NCBI GenBank assembly: GCA_048128005.1
Contig: JBEUKZ010000060.1
Coordinates: forward strand, 310,001 to 374,000
Reading direction: 5' to 3'
DNA length: 64,000 nucleotides
DNA from: Veleropilina oligotropha
Taxonomy: Eukaryota
Position 1 is the stretch's first letter, and the number at the start of each line of letters is the position of its first letter. Of the stretch, positions 37,250-49,291 are shown piece by piece. A model generated the notes under the pieces. The model worked only from the letters and a program-made list of their open reading frames with translations, ran no database searches and had not been told where the DNA came from. The position numbers and the translations under genes are program-made.

Positions 37250-37339
37250 TGGCATTAGTAAGGACGTAAGTATATTTGATATAGATATGAGGATTAAGAG
37301 TAATCCCTTGTATCTATAATAATATACTTACGTCCTTAC
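37250..37339. repeat. DIRS-B internal complementary region (ICR)
   Basis: Reverse complement reads right end (...GATTACTCTTAATCCT) - CATAT - left end (CTATATCAAATATAC...). Confidence 0.92.
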
Positions 37340-38454
37340 CCACTTGGCCCACCCTGCTTCGCACCTCCCCTCTTATATAAGTTCTTTGTCTTGGGGTTTG
37401 CAGAAATTACCATTTCCACCTTGTCCGGATTTAGCGATAATAGGCTTATTATGGCATTAGTAAGGACGTAAGTATATTATTATAGATACAAGGGATTACT
37501 CTTAATCCTCATATTCCAATGATTATTAATAGTATATCTTGATTTTATACAATCAGTGAATACATATTAACTTAAATATTAAAATTGGTACTTTCATGTT
37601 GATTCCAGTGATTGAAGAGGGGACCGTTTGACATATTATATGGAATTCATTTCAAAACGGTATCCACTTGATCTTTTATGTATATCCATTTTTGTCATTC
37701 ACTAGTTTGTGTTCGCCTACAGCATGTAATAAAATTTATTTTTGTGCTATTTGTTATTGTCCCCCGCCGCCTATCGGGCGGACGGGGGACATAGTATCCG
37801 CGTTCGTGCGTGCGTCCGTCCGTCCCGGATTTTCTCACATGTTTTTTTGCCATTTAGAAAAATGCGAGCTTTCCGAAACTTTACAGATGAACTAACCACA
37901 TCATTGGGCATATCAAGTTCGAATATTGTGAAATTATTTTTAAAACATATTGTTTTTTTGTGACTTTTCAGGACGTTTGAACATAGGCTCTGGAAGCATG
38001 GATGTGATTTTCAATTTTTGTCTCGCCCATAGGGAACGAGACATAGGTATTGCTTTTCCCCCACCCCCTCATGCTCACCCCCCCCCCCCCAAAGTTTAAT
38101 TATTGTGTGAAGGTTTTGCGTATTGTATCCAGATGATATATTGATATCTCTCCACTACAACATACATCAGTTCATTATTTAACTTCACGTGTAAAAACCT
38201 GTTAAACATGTTAATCCTTCAGATTTGCTCACCCTCACCCACCCACCCACCCACCCACCCTAAAACATTATTTTAATGAAAATGTTACATGATTTATTTT
38301 CGCTGCGCATACACAAAGTTTAATTATGCCTTGAAATATTGAGGATACAAAAGAACCAGAGATATTTTTGTAAGTCTTATGTGTGTATGATGAAAGGGAC
38401 ATGTGCTTATCTGTAAGACTTGCTCACTGCCAATTAGTCACAGTAAGCTGTTAA

Positions 38455-39298
38455 GGCCAAAAAAAAATGCTTTGGTTCCTGGTACATGCTGAAAAAAATT
38501 AGGGTAGGTGGGCATTTTTTTTAGTTTTTTGGGCCATACAGAAGTGATTGCCTTTCCGGTTGCCTGTGTAGATCAAAATCCGGCTGTTTGTTTGAGATTA
38601 AATGCAGTGGAGCAGTGCCCACTTTAATATAAAACTGTGACGTGATTTTTAGGTGGGCACTACCACCAGAACTGACGCGGACCATCCGTCTGGTGGACGA
38701 TTCTAGACCAAAATCAGTTCTCTATCAACCGTGCTCTGACACCTTTATTAGTTATGCAACTGTGTTGTGATTTTGAAATGAGCACTACCTCCAGAAGCGA
38801 CTCTGTTCATCCGCTTTAGATCAACGTGTCCACCTTATGCAACTATGTTGTGATTTTTTTTTACATTGTTACACATTTTTTTACACCTGTAAGCTAAACA
38901 TCTGCATGTTGGCCTAGTGGGGAAACAGGTTGTTACCAAGAGAAGGACATCATTGCAGTAGGTAACTAACCAACACAATAAAATAATAAATTTACAATAT
39001 TACTGATGTTTCTTATAATAATGCACACTTAGTACTTAGTATTAAATTTAAAATATCAGTAGTTGACCTCCCCCATGTTAAAAAATGACAGCCTTTCCCA
39101 GAAAGGATAGACAGGCAGCTATGAGATGGCTGTTTTACACATTAATCACTGATAAAAAAATTAGGGTCGCAAAAAAATTGTAATTATTGTAGGGCAACAT
39201 GAACCAAATATATATTTTTTTAAACCACCAAAAGATTAGGATCGGCAAGAAATTTTCGGTAGGGTAGGGTAACAGGAACCAAGTCATTTTTTGGGGCC
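38455..39298. mobile_element. PIF/Harbinger-type MITE
   Basis: TAA|GGCCAAAAAA..TTGGTTCCTG and CAGGAACCAA..TTTTTTGGGGCC|TAA; 3-bp TAA TSD. Confidence 0.6.
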
Positions 39299-42200
39299 TA
39301 AGCTTAATGGTCACGCTGTGAAGCTGATGGATTTTGAAAACTGGCTTCCCCACTGGTTTATTCCATGGGTATCTTGAGATGGCAGTCAGTGTATATTGTC
39401 ATTACAAGAACAGACTGTATCAAGTGTCTTATTAATATCACTTTCCTCAGCTGGTCAAGGTTCAAGTCATTGTGTCCCCTGACAATAGGCCGGGATACTA
39501 TGATTTGTCATGGTTTAGCTGCTGCAAATATATTTAATCTCGATTATATAATAATAAGATTTTGTCTTTATTTCTGTTTCTCTGAAACATTGTCTTACTA
39601 TAACTAGATTAGGATCAGCACTGCATCGGTAGTTCTTCTGAATTCTTGCTTTGCAAACTGAATATGTGGCCCCTTTCAAGGTAAACCGGGGTGGGCATAT
39701 AATTCTGCGTAATTTCTTGTTTTCATATTGAGAATTTCTAGCTTTCTGAAACTTTATCATATCTTTGGGTAGATCAAGTTCGAATATTGGGAATTTATTT
39801 TGAAAACTTTTAGGTTTTTCGTGATATTGAATATAGTCTCTGGACGCATGGATGTTGTCAATTATTTGTTCAACTTATGAATCACAGTTGTACATAACTG
39901 GTCCAAGAGGTCGGGCTTTCCTCCCGCGATAATATGGATATGTTCTGGTTTGAACCTAAAAAAGTTGGAAATATACAGGACAATAAGCATTGATCCTTCC
40001 CTTTTTCCTTTTCGAATATGGGGAATGTTTTTTTAAAATTGATGGATTTTTTGGCAATTTCATACATGTATAGTCTCCGCATGTATGAAATTTATCAATT
40101 TTCTCACAACTAAATTTTCCATTTAGAAAAATGTTAGCTCTTTGAAACTTCACAGACCAACTAACCACAATGTGATAATGGGATGGATCAAGTTCGAATA
40201 ATGAGAATTATTTAATTTACTTAAGTATTTACACAAGTATTTACACGTAGTCTCTGGGTGCATATCTATCTCTGTAGCCTCTGGTGGCATGAAATCTTGC
40301 TTAATTAATGGACAATCGCCACTAAGGGCAATCGTTTTAATATGATCTATGAATTTTGAAAAGAATGATTTAATTCAGTTACACTGTTAATGATCATTTA
40401 ATAAGAAACGATGTACAAATAGTAGTACAATTATGAACATGATCTGCATGATTTCTTCGGTAATTTCCGGAGATGTGCTAGTTGGACGTTAATATTATAA
40501 TGACGTAAAATGGAATTTTATTGTTTATAATCATATTCGTATGATGAATATGCCCATAATGACAATATACATATTAGACAATATTTTTTATCCCCAGGTG
40601 CTTTTTAGTGTGACTCTAATTGAAAGTCGCTTTTTCTTTGAAATTGGCGCCATTATTATTTGCCCATCATGTGTTGTGTGAACCCGAAGGTTGCCACCAG
40701 GTGGAGATTTCACTATTTCTGTACCATCTATTGTTAGATATTAAAAATATGTTAATTTGTGACAGTCGGTTACAATTTGTGACAGTCTGGGTGATCGTTC
40801 GTTTGTTCTGTGTGTGATGGCGTTTGTTTACTCGTTTTGCCGACGAGTAGTTTCGCATCGACCGACGAGTACCATCGTCAACTACTCGTCGGCCGATACT
40901 GTGTGATTTAACCTTCACCGGCTATGCAGCTTTCACTACATGGTCGATGATCAACATTCGGAGATTCCCTTCACGATACCATGTACATGTCCTGGTATGA
41001 ACCTACATGCTGTTATAAAGCATAGGTCCACATCCAATACATGTGAATGCATGTGATTATTTATAACAAATGATTCGTGTACAGTTATGGGTTTTTATAT
41101 CAATGCATTTCGAGAGTAATGTTATCAAGTGAAAATATACAATATAAACTGATAGATTAAATATTACTTTTGGGGATTCCTTGCATATATAGTGAATGAA
41201 GCTAATTTTGTCGACCAGTCTAGGTTATATATGCATTGCTTCCAATAACTGGGATAAATCTGCCGCGGAGGGTAATCCGAGTGACAATTAACTGCTTATG
41301 TTATGCATTCATTGTAGGAATCCCATCACGCCACCCTGCATACACTTCAAATTGTTTTTGTTAGGCAATGTCTAAACATTATTTTGCTCCATGTCTAAAC
41401 ATTATTTTGCTCAGGTCCAGGAAATGACATGGGTTTGTGTTGAAATGTCATTGTTTACAGATGTGGGTCAACATTTTTCCACATATTTAGGTTTGTTGAC
41501 TGATAGTAGTTAACAATCAGCTTGTAGTAGTGACTCGACGTGTAGGATGCACAAATCTGTGCGCTCCGTGTCTTACAATACTTCATAGTATCCTTCCTTT
41601 GTCTTGGATTGTGATATGTAGCATCCTTCCTTTCTTGATTTGTATTTATAGCACATGTGTGTGTGTCATTGAAACTTGTTTTGTTATGGTGCAATTTATT
41701 TGTTTAAATAATATATTATAGTAAAAAATGTCAGCATGGAATGTGAAGGATCTTAGTTTGCAGAAATGAAAATATTTCCTTTAAATAAACTGTCTACTCC
41801 ATTTGACTAGGGTTGCTTGATATATATGGCTCTCTTCCAAATTCAACAGTCATATTATATATTACAGCATTAGGTTTTAATGCGCATATTTAATACACTG
41901 TAATACATGAATGCTTCATCATTGAGCGCAATGGGCCAGCCATGCCTGAAATATGTTCTGTCTGATTGCACCGTTTAAACTCTCCACAAGCAAGGATGTA
42001 AACTGTACTGAAATGTTTTTGTTCAGTTGGTCGTTTGACATAATCTGGTTATAGCATCAATTGTGGTTTTCAGATCATGTTATTAACCACCACTCATTGT
42101 ACAGTTGTCATTTATGTCATTATTTTAAATTTATTTGAAATATGCCACACTGTACAGTACAGAGTTTAAAATTTCATGTTTATAGGCCATTAGTACTTAT

Positions 42201-43716
42201 ATTAAAAAGTTGCCTAGCCATTTCATTGTTTGTTTCACCTGACGATTCATGTTTTCGTGTATTTATTTTATAACACCATCATTGACATGCTGCATTCTCT
42301 TTCAGGTAGTTCTAACAGCCAGCCACTAACAATGCATTGTGAACTGGGTTAACTGTATGGCCGTGTGCAGACGTACAGGTATGAGCACTAGAGAGTATAG
42401 ATAGTATAGATTAATATAGATAATACAGCAGGGGCGGATCCAGGATTTTGGAACGGATAGAAATTTTTGACAATCAACAGCCAGAAATCCTGCACTCTGA
42501 CAGTGCAAAAGCGATATTTCTTACCATCATTTATGAACAATTTTAATTAAATGTATGAGTATTTTTCTCCTTTTTTTCACAATCTAGCACATGCATTTCT
42601 GCTTTCAAACGTGGGGTATAGACCGCCTGTATCCCAGAAAAGTCAAGAAACAATGTGAAACTCTATCCCCTCCTTCATTTTGACACTAAATGTTTTCACT
42701 AAAATGTATAAAGAAATTTTTCTTTTTTTCACAATCAAAGACAAGAATTTTGTTTATTTTCTAGACCCCCAGAAAATTTTGATAATTTACGATGTGAACC
42801 CTCTCTTCTGCATTCTGCCAGTGCAAATGCGATATTTCTTACAAACATTTATGAACTGTTTTCATTAAAATGTATGAGTAAGTATTTTGGGAGTTTTCAC
42901 AATGAAGCACATGCATTTCTCATTTTCAAAAGGAGGGGCCGGACCCTCTGATTCTCAGAAAATTTTGGCAATTTAACGGTGTGAAATTCCCTCACATGCG
43001 ACCACTCCGCGACATCATTCCCCCGCCTAATATTTCCAATCCGGGGAGAACCCCATAGTATAGAACAGTATAAATGGTATAAAATAATATAGATAGTATA
43101 CACGTGTACTCTAGTAGTATAGATAGTATAGAAAAGTATAGAATATTATAGTATATGAAGATAGTATAGACTAGTAGTAGTATGGATAATATAGAATAGT
43201 TCAATAGAATATGTACAGTGACACAATAGTATAAATTGTATTATTACGCATGTACTTGAAGTGGAATAGGTACACAATAGTATAGATATATGTATATATT
43301 AATATATGCACACATTGTGACAATGTTGATAGGCCTGATATAACCCTGGCTATTGACCGTACTGTAGGCAAGCTGAAAAGAGCGCAGACTCAGAATTCAC
43401 TCGCTTGACTGCTGAATATTTAACAGGAGTGGTTCGAATCCATGGTGGAACACTCTTTGTTCATATTTACAGTCACAGTTGTCCATAATTTTCCCCATCT
43501 ACCGGGCTCCGCTCGGGTGAAATTATGGGCATGTTCTTGTATGAATTTGAAGGTTGTTAAAAACAAGACATTATTCATCGATCGAAACCAAATAACATTC
43601 ACAAACGTGTACACATTAATCTAGTTGAGCAAATAATAATATGTTAATTACTAATGGTACCTCAATTGTTAGGATGCAGCATTTTTATCCCATCGGTTGC
43701 ATTTTTTTATCTTCAG

Positions 43717-44697
43717 AAGGTCATGGGTGTAGTGGTGCTGGGTATTTGTAGGAGGTCATGGGTGTAGAAGTGCTTGATATTTGTAGGAGGTCATGGGTGT
43801 AGTAGTGCTTGGTATTTGTAGGAGGTCATGGGTGTAGTGGTGCTGGGTATTTGTAGGAGGTCATGGGTGTAGTGGTGCTGGGTATTTGTAGGAGGTCATG
43901 GGTGTAGTGGTGCTGGGTATTTGTAGGAGGTCATGGGTGTAGTGGTGCTGGGTATTTGTAGGAGGTCATGGGTGTAGAAGTGCTTGATATTTGTAGGAGG
44001 TCATGGGTGTAGTAGTGCTTGGTATTTGTAGGAGGTCATGGGTGTAGTTGTGCTTGGTATTTGTAGGAGGTCACGGGTGTAGTAGTGCTTGGTATTTGTA
44101 GGAGGTCATGGATGTAGTAGTGCTTTGTATTTGTAGGTCATGGGTGTAGTAGTGCTTGGTATTTGTAGAAGGTCATGGGTGTAGTAGTGCTTGGTATTTG
44201 TAGGAGGTCATGGGTATAGCGGTGCTTTATATTTGTATGAGGACATTGGTATAGCGGCACTTATTTGTAGGATGTCATGGGTATAGCAGCACTTTATATT
44301 TGTTGGAGGTCACGGGTATAGTGGCGCTTTATGTTTCTAGGAGGTCACGTGTATAGTGACGCTTTATGTTTGTAGTCCAGACGTCATGGGTGTAGCCGGC
44401 GGTTTATATTTGTAGGAGGTCATGGGTATAGCGACGCTTTATATCTGTGGGAGACCAAGCGTCTAGCGGCACTTTGTTTGTAGGAGACCATGGATATAGT
44501 GGAGCTTTGTTTCTGGAAGCCATGGATCTAGCGGCGTTTTTTATTTGCAGGAAGCCATACATATAGTGGCACTTTATATTTGTAGGAGACCATGGATATA
44601 GTGGCATTTTATATTTCAAAGATGTCATGGATATGGCGCCGCTTTATATTTGCCGAAAACCTATGATATAATGGCGTTTTACATTTCAGGCGGCCAT
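43717..44697. repeat. 35-bp minisatellite (about 27 units), homogeneous on the left and degenerating to the right
   Basis: Unit GGAGGTCATGGGTGTAGTGGTGCTGGGTATTTGTA, period 35 (43751, 43786, ...). Confidence 0.95.
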
Positions 44698-44715
44698 GTG
44701 ATCCGACTGTGTACA

Positions 44716-44867
44716 ATGCGGAGGCATTGTACAGCGCGACATGTTCTCATATTGGGGATTGTCTGCATTGCCGTATATATAGTGGTGAATTTTTGTTCGT
44801 TTCTGGGAGTTTTCGCACACGTGTGGGCCAAATGCAATAAGGATAAACAAGACAACAACTTCTACAG
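44716..44867 (+). CDS. GLCE: D-glucuronyl C5-epimerase coding exon 1 (type II signal anchor)
   Basis: MRRHCTARHVLILGIVCIAVYIVVNFCSFLGVFAHVWAKCNKDK: hydrophobic anchor plus W.KC..DK as in the GLCE N-terminus. Acceptor TTTCAG at 44689, donor GTACAG, phase 2 matches the next exon. Confidence 0.8.
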
Positions 44868-45654
44868 GTACAGTAATTAGGTGAAGGTGTCTGATCGATT
44901 GATCGATTGATGTTCTTTCAATCCTCAATGGTCTTATGCTTATGGATGAACATATTTAAAAGTTTTCCATCAAATGGCAGTATTTGTAGACTTTTTAATG
45001 AAATTTAGCATTTAAAAAGTATGCATTTTTTTTTCTTAATTTGTGAGTTTTATATATCATCTTATAGTACTTATAAGAGAGTTACCTAGATTTATTTTTA
45101 TTGTACAAAATTTAAATGTTGAGTGGTTTAAAGTCATGGTATTATGTTTCTACATAGTCACTGTGTTCAGTGGTCATATTGTATTGTGTTTCACGTAGTC
45201 ATGTGGGGCTACACCATTGGCCAAAGGGACTCTGAATTCACTCGCTTGACTGCTCTGTCGACCATGAATGGGTTTGAATCCTCCACGGAGCACTATTTCT
45301 TCTGTGAAAAGTCACAGTTGTCCATAACTGACCGGTGACGGCGAATTTTCCCGCTTGACCGGTCTTTCCCTACATGATAATATGGACATGCCTTGGTGTG
45401 AACCTGGAGGTTGTTACAAAAGGACATTAATCGTCAATCCAAAGTTGAAATCAAACCAGTATAACCATATGGCGTTTTGTTTCAGCATGGAAAACAACGG
45501 ACATAAAACAAGAAATTAAGCGTAGACACAAATCAAATTGAGTATAATGATATGACGTTATTTTCAGTGTGCTCATGTAGCATTTTGTTTCAAAAAAGTC
45601 ATATGGAATTTTATTTTAACATAGTGATAATATTGTTATGGCATTATGTTTCAG

Positions 45655-45850
45655 GGACGCGGACCTGGGCCAGGATGATGATATGCGTTACCAGCAGCGG
45701 GGTGCGCAGTCCTACCAGCAGGACGTCGAGAACAAGGGCAGCAGCCTGGAGGACATCGACTGCGTCATCAACAGCCAGTACTCCATCCAGTGTAAGCAGG
45801 AGGAGGATGAGACCTACATGCCGTTCAGCTTCCTGGAGAAGTACTTCGAG
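45655..45850 (+). CDS. GLCE: GLCE coding exon 2
   Basis: EDIDCVINSQYSIQCKQEEDETYMPFSFLEKYFE; AG/GT boundaries in phase. Confidence 0.9.
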
Positions 45851-45917
45851 GTTTGAGTCGATCTGTGATAATTGACAAAGTATTGGAATAATAGGATGAG
45901 AGTTTTGTAACATAAAA

Positions 45918-46182
45918 TTGGATTGGATCGATGCTTAATTTCCTGTATATTTACAACCATCAGGTTCAAAGCAGGTCATGTTCATATTATCGCGGGAGGA
46001 AAACCTGGTCGCCCTGGGAAACCCGTCTTCTCCGACCAGTTACGGACAACTGTGTTTCATAACTGAACAAATAATGCCAATGTCCCAGCCGAGATTCGAA
46101 CCCACTACTGTTCGTCAGCGTAATCAAGCCAGTGATTTCAGAGTCAGCACTCTAAACACACGACTCTGATCGGAGTGGCCCA
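45918..46182 (-). mobile_element. tRNA-derived SINE; other copies at about 39870-39995, 43380-43590, 45228-45440, 48650-48800, 56672-56925, 57330-57552 (+) and 60620-60815 (-)
   Basis: B-box-like GGTTCGAATC, shared core CACAGTTGTCCATAAC...TTTCCTCCCGCGATAATATGGACATG and a (CCAAT)n-like tail. Confidence 0.75.
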
Positions 46183-46593
46183 GTTTGGTGACAACATTGG
46201 TAAGTTAACAAAGCATATCCGTGATGTCATCTAATGTTCTGGGCAGTTATTGGTTATTCTGCCTATTAAATCATAGAACAAATCCCTCATCGCAGGAGTC
46301 TAATAGTTTCTGGCTATTCGAGTAATCCACCACAAGTGAAGACCTATTCAACTATTCCACGGTCATTAAACCTTCAATAGAGATTCTCTTGACTATTCAA
46401 TGCAGATGCAGCTCCTTGCATCTCATTGCCTGGAAATGTGGATATTTCATTTTGGTTGCCAAAATTTGTCACCTCAATTTGTGCCAGAGTAGTTCATCGG
46501 AACAAGTAACTAACTAATAATGAAAGCCCATTGGATTAAATTTATTTTGAATAAATTTATGCTTTCATGTCATAAATTGTGTCTCCGTTCCAG

Positions 46594-46768
46594 GTGTATG
46601 GCAGCATGCAGCGATATCAGGACGGCTCCAGTAAGTTCGAATTCCAGCACAGCTATTCCGAGGTGTTCCTTCCGAGTGAGCCGTACGACCCACGGGGCGT
46701 ATTCATGTCGTTCGAGCATTACAACGTGGAGGTGCGCGACAGGGTGAAGTGCATCAGTGGCATGGAAG
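46594..46768 (+). CDS. GLCE: GLCE coding exon 3
   Basis: VYG...FEFQHSYS...[29 protein letters not shown]; in phase. Confidence 0.93.
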
Positions 46769-47194
46769 GTACGTCCGCATGTAGAAAATCAGTTAGCTTA
46801 ATCATGGTTCACACAAGTCCTGGAAGTCATTGAAAGTCATGCAATTTTATTGATGCCATTTCAAGGCCCTTGAAGTCATGGAAAATCTGGCATTTGGACA
46901 GATAGTTTTGGAAAAGGCATGGAATTTTACCTTTTGTTGTTATTATCCGACTAAAATGTGGCTCTAGCTGCGGAATAAATTTTAGTCATAGTAAAAATGA
47001 AATGGAGCTTGAAGTAAGCAGGGTTGAGATTAGAGATACTCTTGAAATTCGGAAATAAGTCCTTGTAAAGGTCTTTGAAAGTCCTTGAAATTTGTCATTG
47101 AAAATCTGTATGAAACTTGTTAATCAGTTAGCTAAATAAATAATTGTAAGTTTTTAGACATAAAATATCTCTCAAACTTTGCAATGAATACATT

Positions 47195-47716
47195 TTTGTC
47201 TCGCCCCGAAGGGAAAGCGAGACTTGGGGATTACATTTTCCGGCGGCGTCGGCGGCGTCGTGTCATTTTGTGTTAAAGTTTTTCATTGCATGTGTATGGG
47301 TTGCTAAAGGCACTTTTATGCATACATATGCATTGGTAATGGTTATATGGACAACACCTGATACTCTGGAACTGTTATTGACTGGAATTTTATATAAATA
47401 ATGCATGAAATTGGTGTTTTTGGACATATACATTTTGGTTAAAGTTTTTGGTTAAAGTTTTTCATTGCATGTGTATGGGTTGCTAAAGGCACTTTTATGC
47501 ATACATATGCATTGGTAATAGTTATATGGACAACACCTGATACTCTGGAACTGTTATTGACTGGAATTTTATATAAATAATGCATGAAATTGGTGTTTTT
47601 GGACATAGAAATTTTGGTTAAAGTTTTTTCGGTTAAAGTTTTTCATTGAATGAAATTTTCTGATACATTGATATATATATTTAAAGGGCGAGACATATCG
47701 GACCGTGGTTCTTGTT
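47195..47716 (+). mobile_element. HINE/Helentron-like element with about 2.1 internal 180-bp tandem units
   Basis: Subterminal IR TGTCTCGCCC/GGGCGAGACA, CGGCGGCGT microsatellite, CTTGTT end. Repeat starts near 47273, 47452 and 47633. Confidence 0.75.
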
Positions 47717-48290
47717 AATTATCACATATTATATGTTATGTTGTTCTTTTTTTATTACTTTTATTATGCACCCTGTAACAAAGTTAGGGGGAGGTATATA
47801 TGGGAATCACCCTGTCTGTCCGGACTAAGTTAACTCCCTTGTCAATGTTTATCCAACATTTTTGGGTAAAGTTTATTTGGATTTCCATTCTGAGAATATG
47901 TATATCTGTCAGGTGGGGGAGGGAGGTATTAGTTATCCTCGGGATAGCGGTTAACAGTTTAACCAGCTTCGTACAGTCAGCAGCCAGCGCGCTCATTATA
48001 CAACCTGCCCCTGAACATACATACAGCCTACATGCCCATTGTTCAACCAGCCCTGAACCCTGGGCCCATTATGTGGACTGTGTCTATTACTAGTGACATG
48101 GCCCTATTTGTGAATTTTGTTTTCCGATTTCTCAAATCCCCAGTCTGAAACCATTGTGCATGTTGTGAATCCCACCTGATAATTAAAATTTAATAAATCA
48201 AATAAAAATTGTCTCAAATATCATATCGCCTAATGCTTAATAAAGCCGATGAAATCGTGAGTTTTTCATGTTATTTGATCACTTCTTCAG

Positions 48291-48533
48291 GTGTGCCGCT
48301 GTCGACCCAATGGGGGCCGCAGGGGTATCATTACCCCATCCAGATCGCGCAGTTTGGCTTGAGTCATTACAGCAAGTATTTGGTGATGGATCACAACCCT
48401 AGCAGCAACTTAATCGAGAATGGAAATGATGAAGAGGGGCTAACAAAGTGGATTCTTCCCGACAGTAAATCTGCAGTGAAGATCGTGCGAGACCAAGTAA
48501 CCGAGAACAGCGTAATCGGGTTTACCTCGTCTG
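48291..48533 (+). CDS. GLCE: GLCE coding exon 4
   Basis: [28 protein letters not shown]; in phase. Confidence 0.95.
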
Positions 48534-49291
48534 GTAAATACTCAAACTATTGTTGAAAAATACATTCAATTCCTTCGTCATCCGTGATCTTGTTAATAAT
48601 TGCGATCGCTATTTCTCTAAATGGGCGCTGCTGCCACCGATAGTCGCATGGACGTTCAATTCACTCGCTTGACTGCTCTGTCTAAATAAGGTAGTTCGTA
48701 TACTCAGCAGGGTTCTATTTTCAGTTAAGTGGGGGTGGGTGGAGCTTTCCTCCCTTGATAATATGAATATGTCGGTCCTGGTATGAACCAGAAATGTGTA
48801 AAAAATGTGTCATTATTATATACATGTCCATGCTCCTCCCAAGTGGCAAGGGTCATTGACATGAGATCGTTCATCATTCAAGATGGCTGCAATGACAGCC
48901 ATCTTGAAAAATCTTACTGACGCTACTTCTAACACGCCCTATATGAAATTGATATAAAACCGGTCATCAATTTCAAAATAAATTGTTTTTCATGTCTTTT
49001 TAGTTGAAAGAACTTTAGTTAAAAAATGTCTGCTATTTATGGAAAGAAAAGTGAAATGGAAGCGTTGGGAACATAATTGGGTGCTTCTGTAACTTTATCG
49101 TCCAGTTTTGGCCTGTATCCGTAGCGTATATTCTATAACGGAATGTATTTATTTACTAAAGATATGAAGTAATGAAATCGGATATACTATTTGCATTCCC
49201 CCATTGTCTGATATTAGATCTATCGACATTTAGCCTAGTACATAATAGATTTGGTCTCTATTTTATCCTTGGTATTTTTTTCTTTTTTCAG

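Larger units (their letters stand above)
30357..37514 (+). mobile_element. Full-length DIRS1-type retrotransposon (DIRS-B)
   Basis: About 75-bp inverted termini (about 30370-30444 versus 37404-37478), a 3' extension, ICR at 37250-37339 and ORFs homologous to DIRS-A. CATAT at both junctions. Confidence 0.95.

Noticed and set aside
43057..43290. TAGTATAGA-rich stretch with short ORFs
   Set aside because: Low-complexity degenerate microsatellite.
43717..44697. CRISPR-like array
   Set aside because: Head-to-tail 35-bp units without unique spacers, eukaryotic context and no cas genes.
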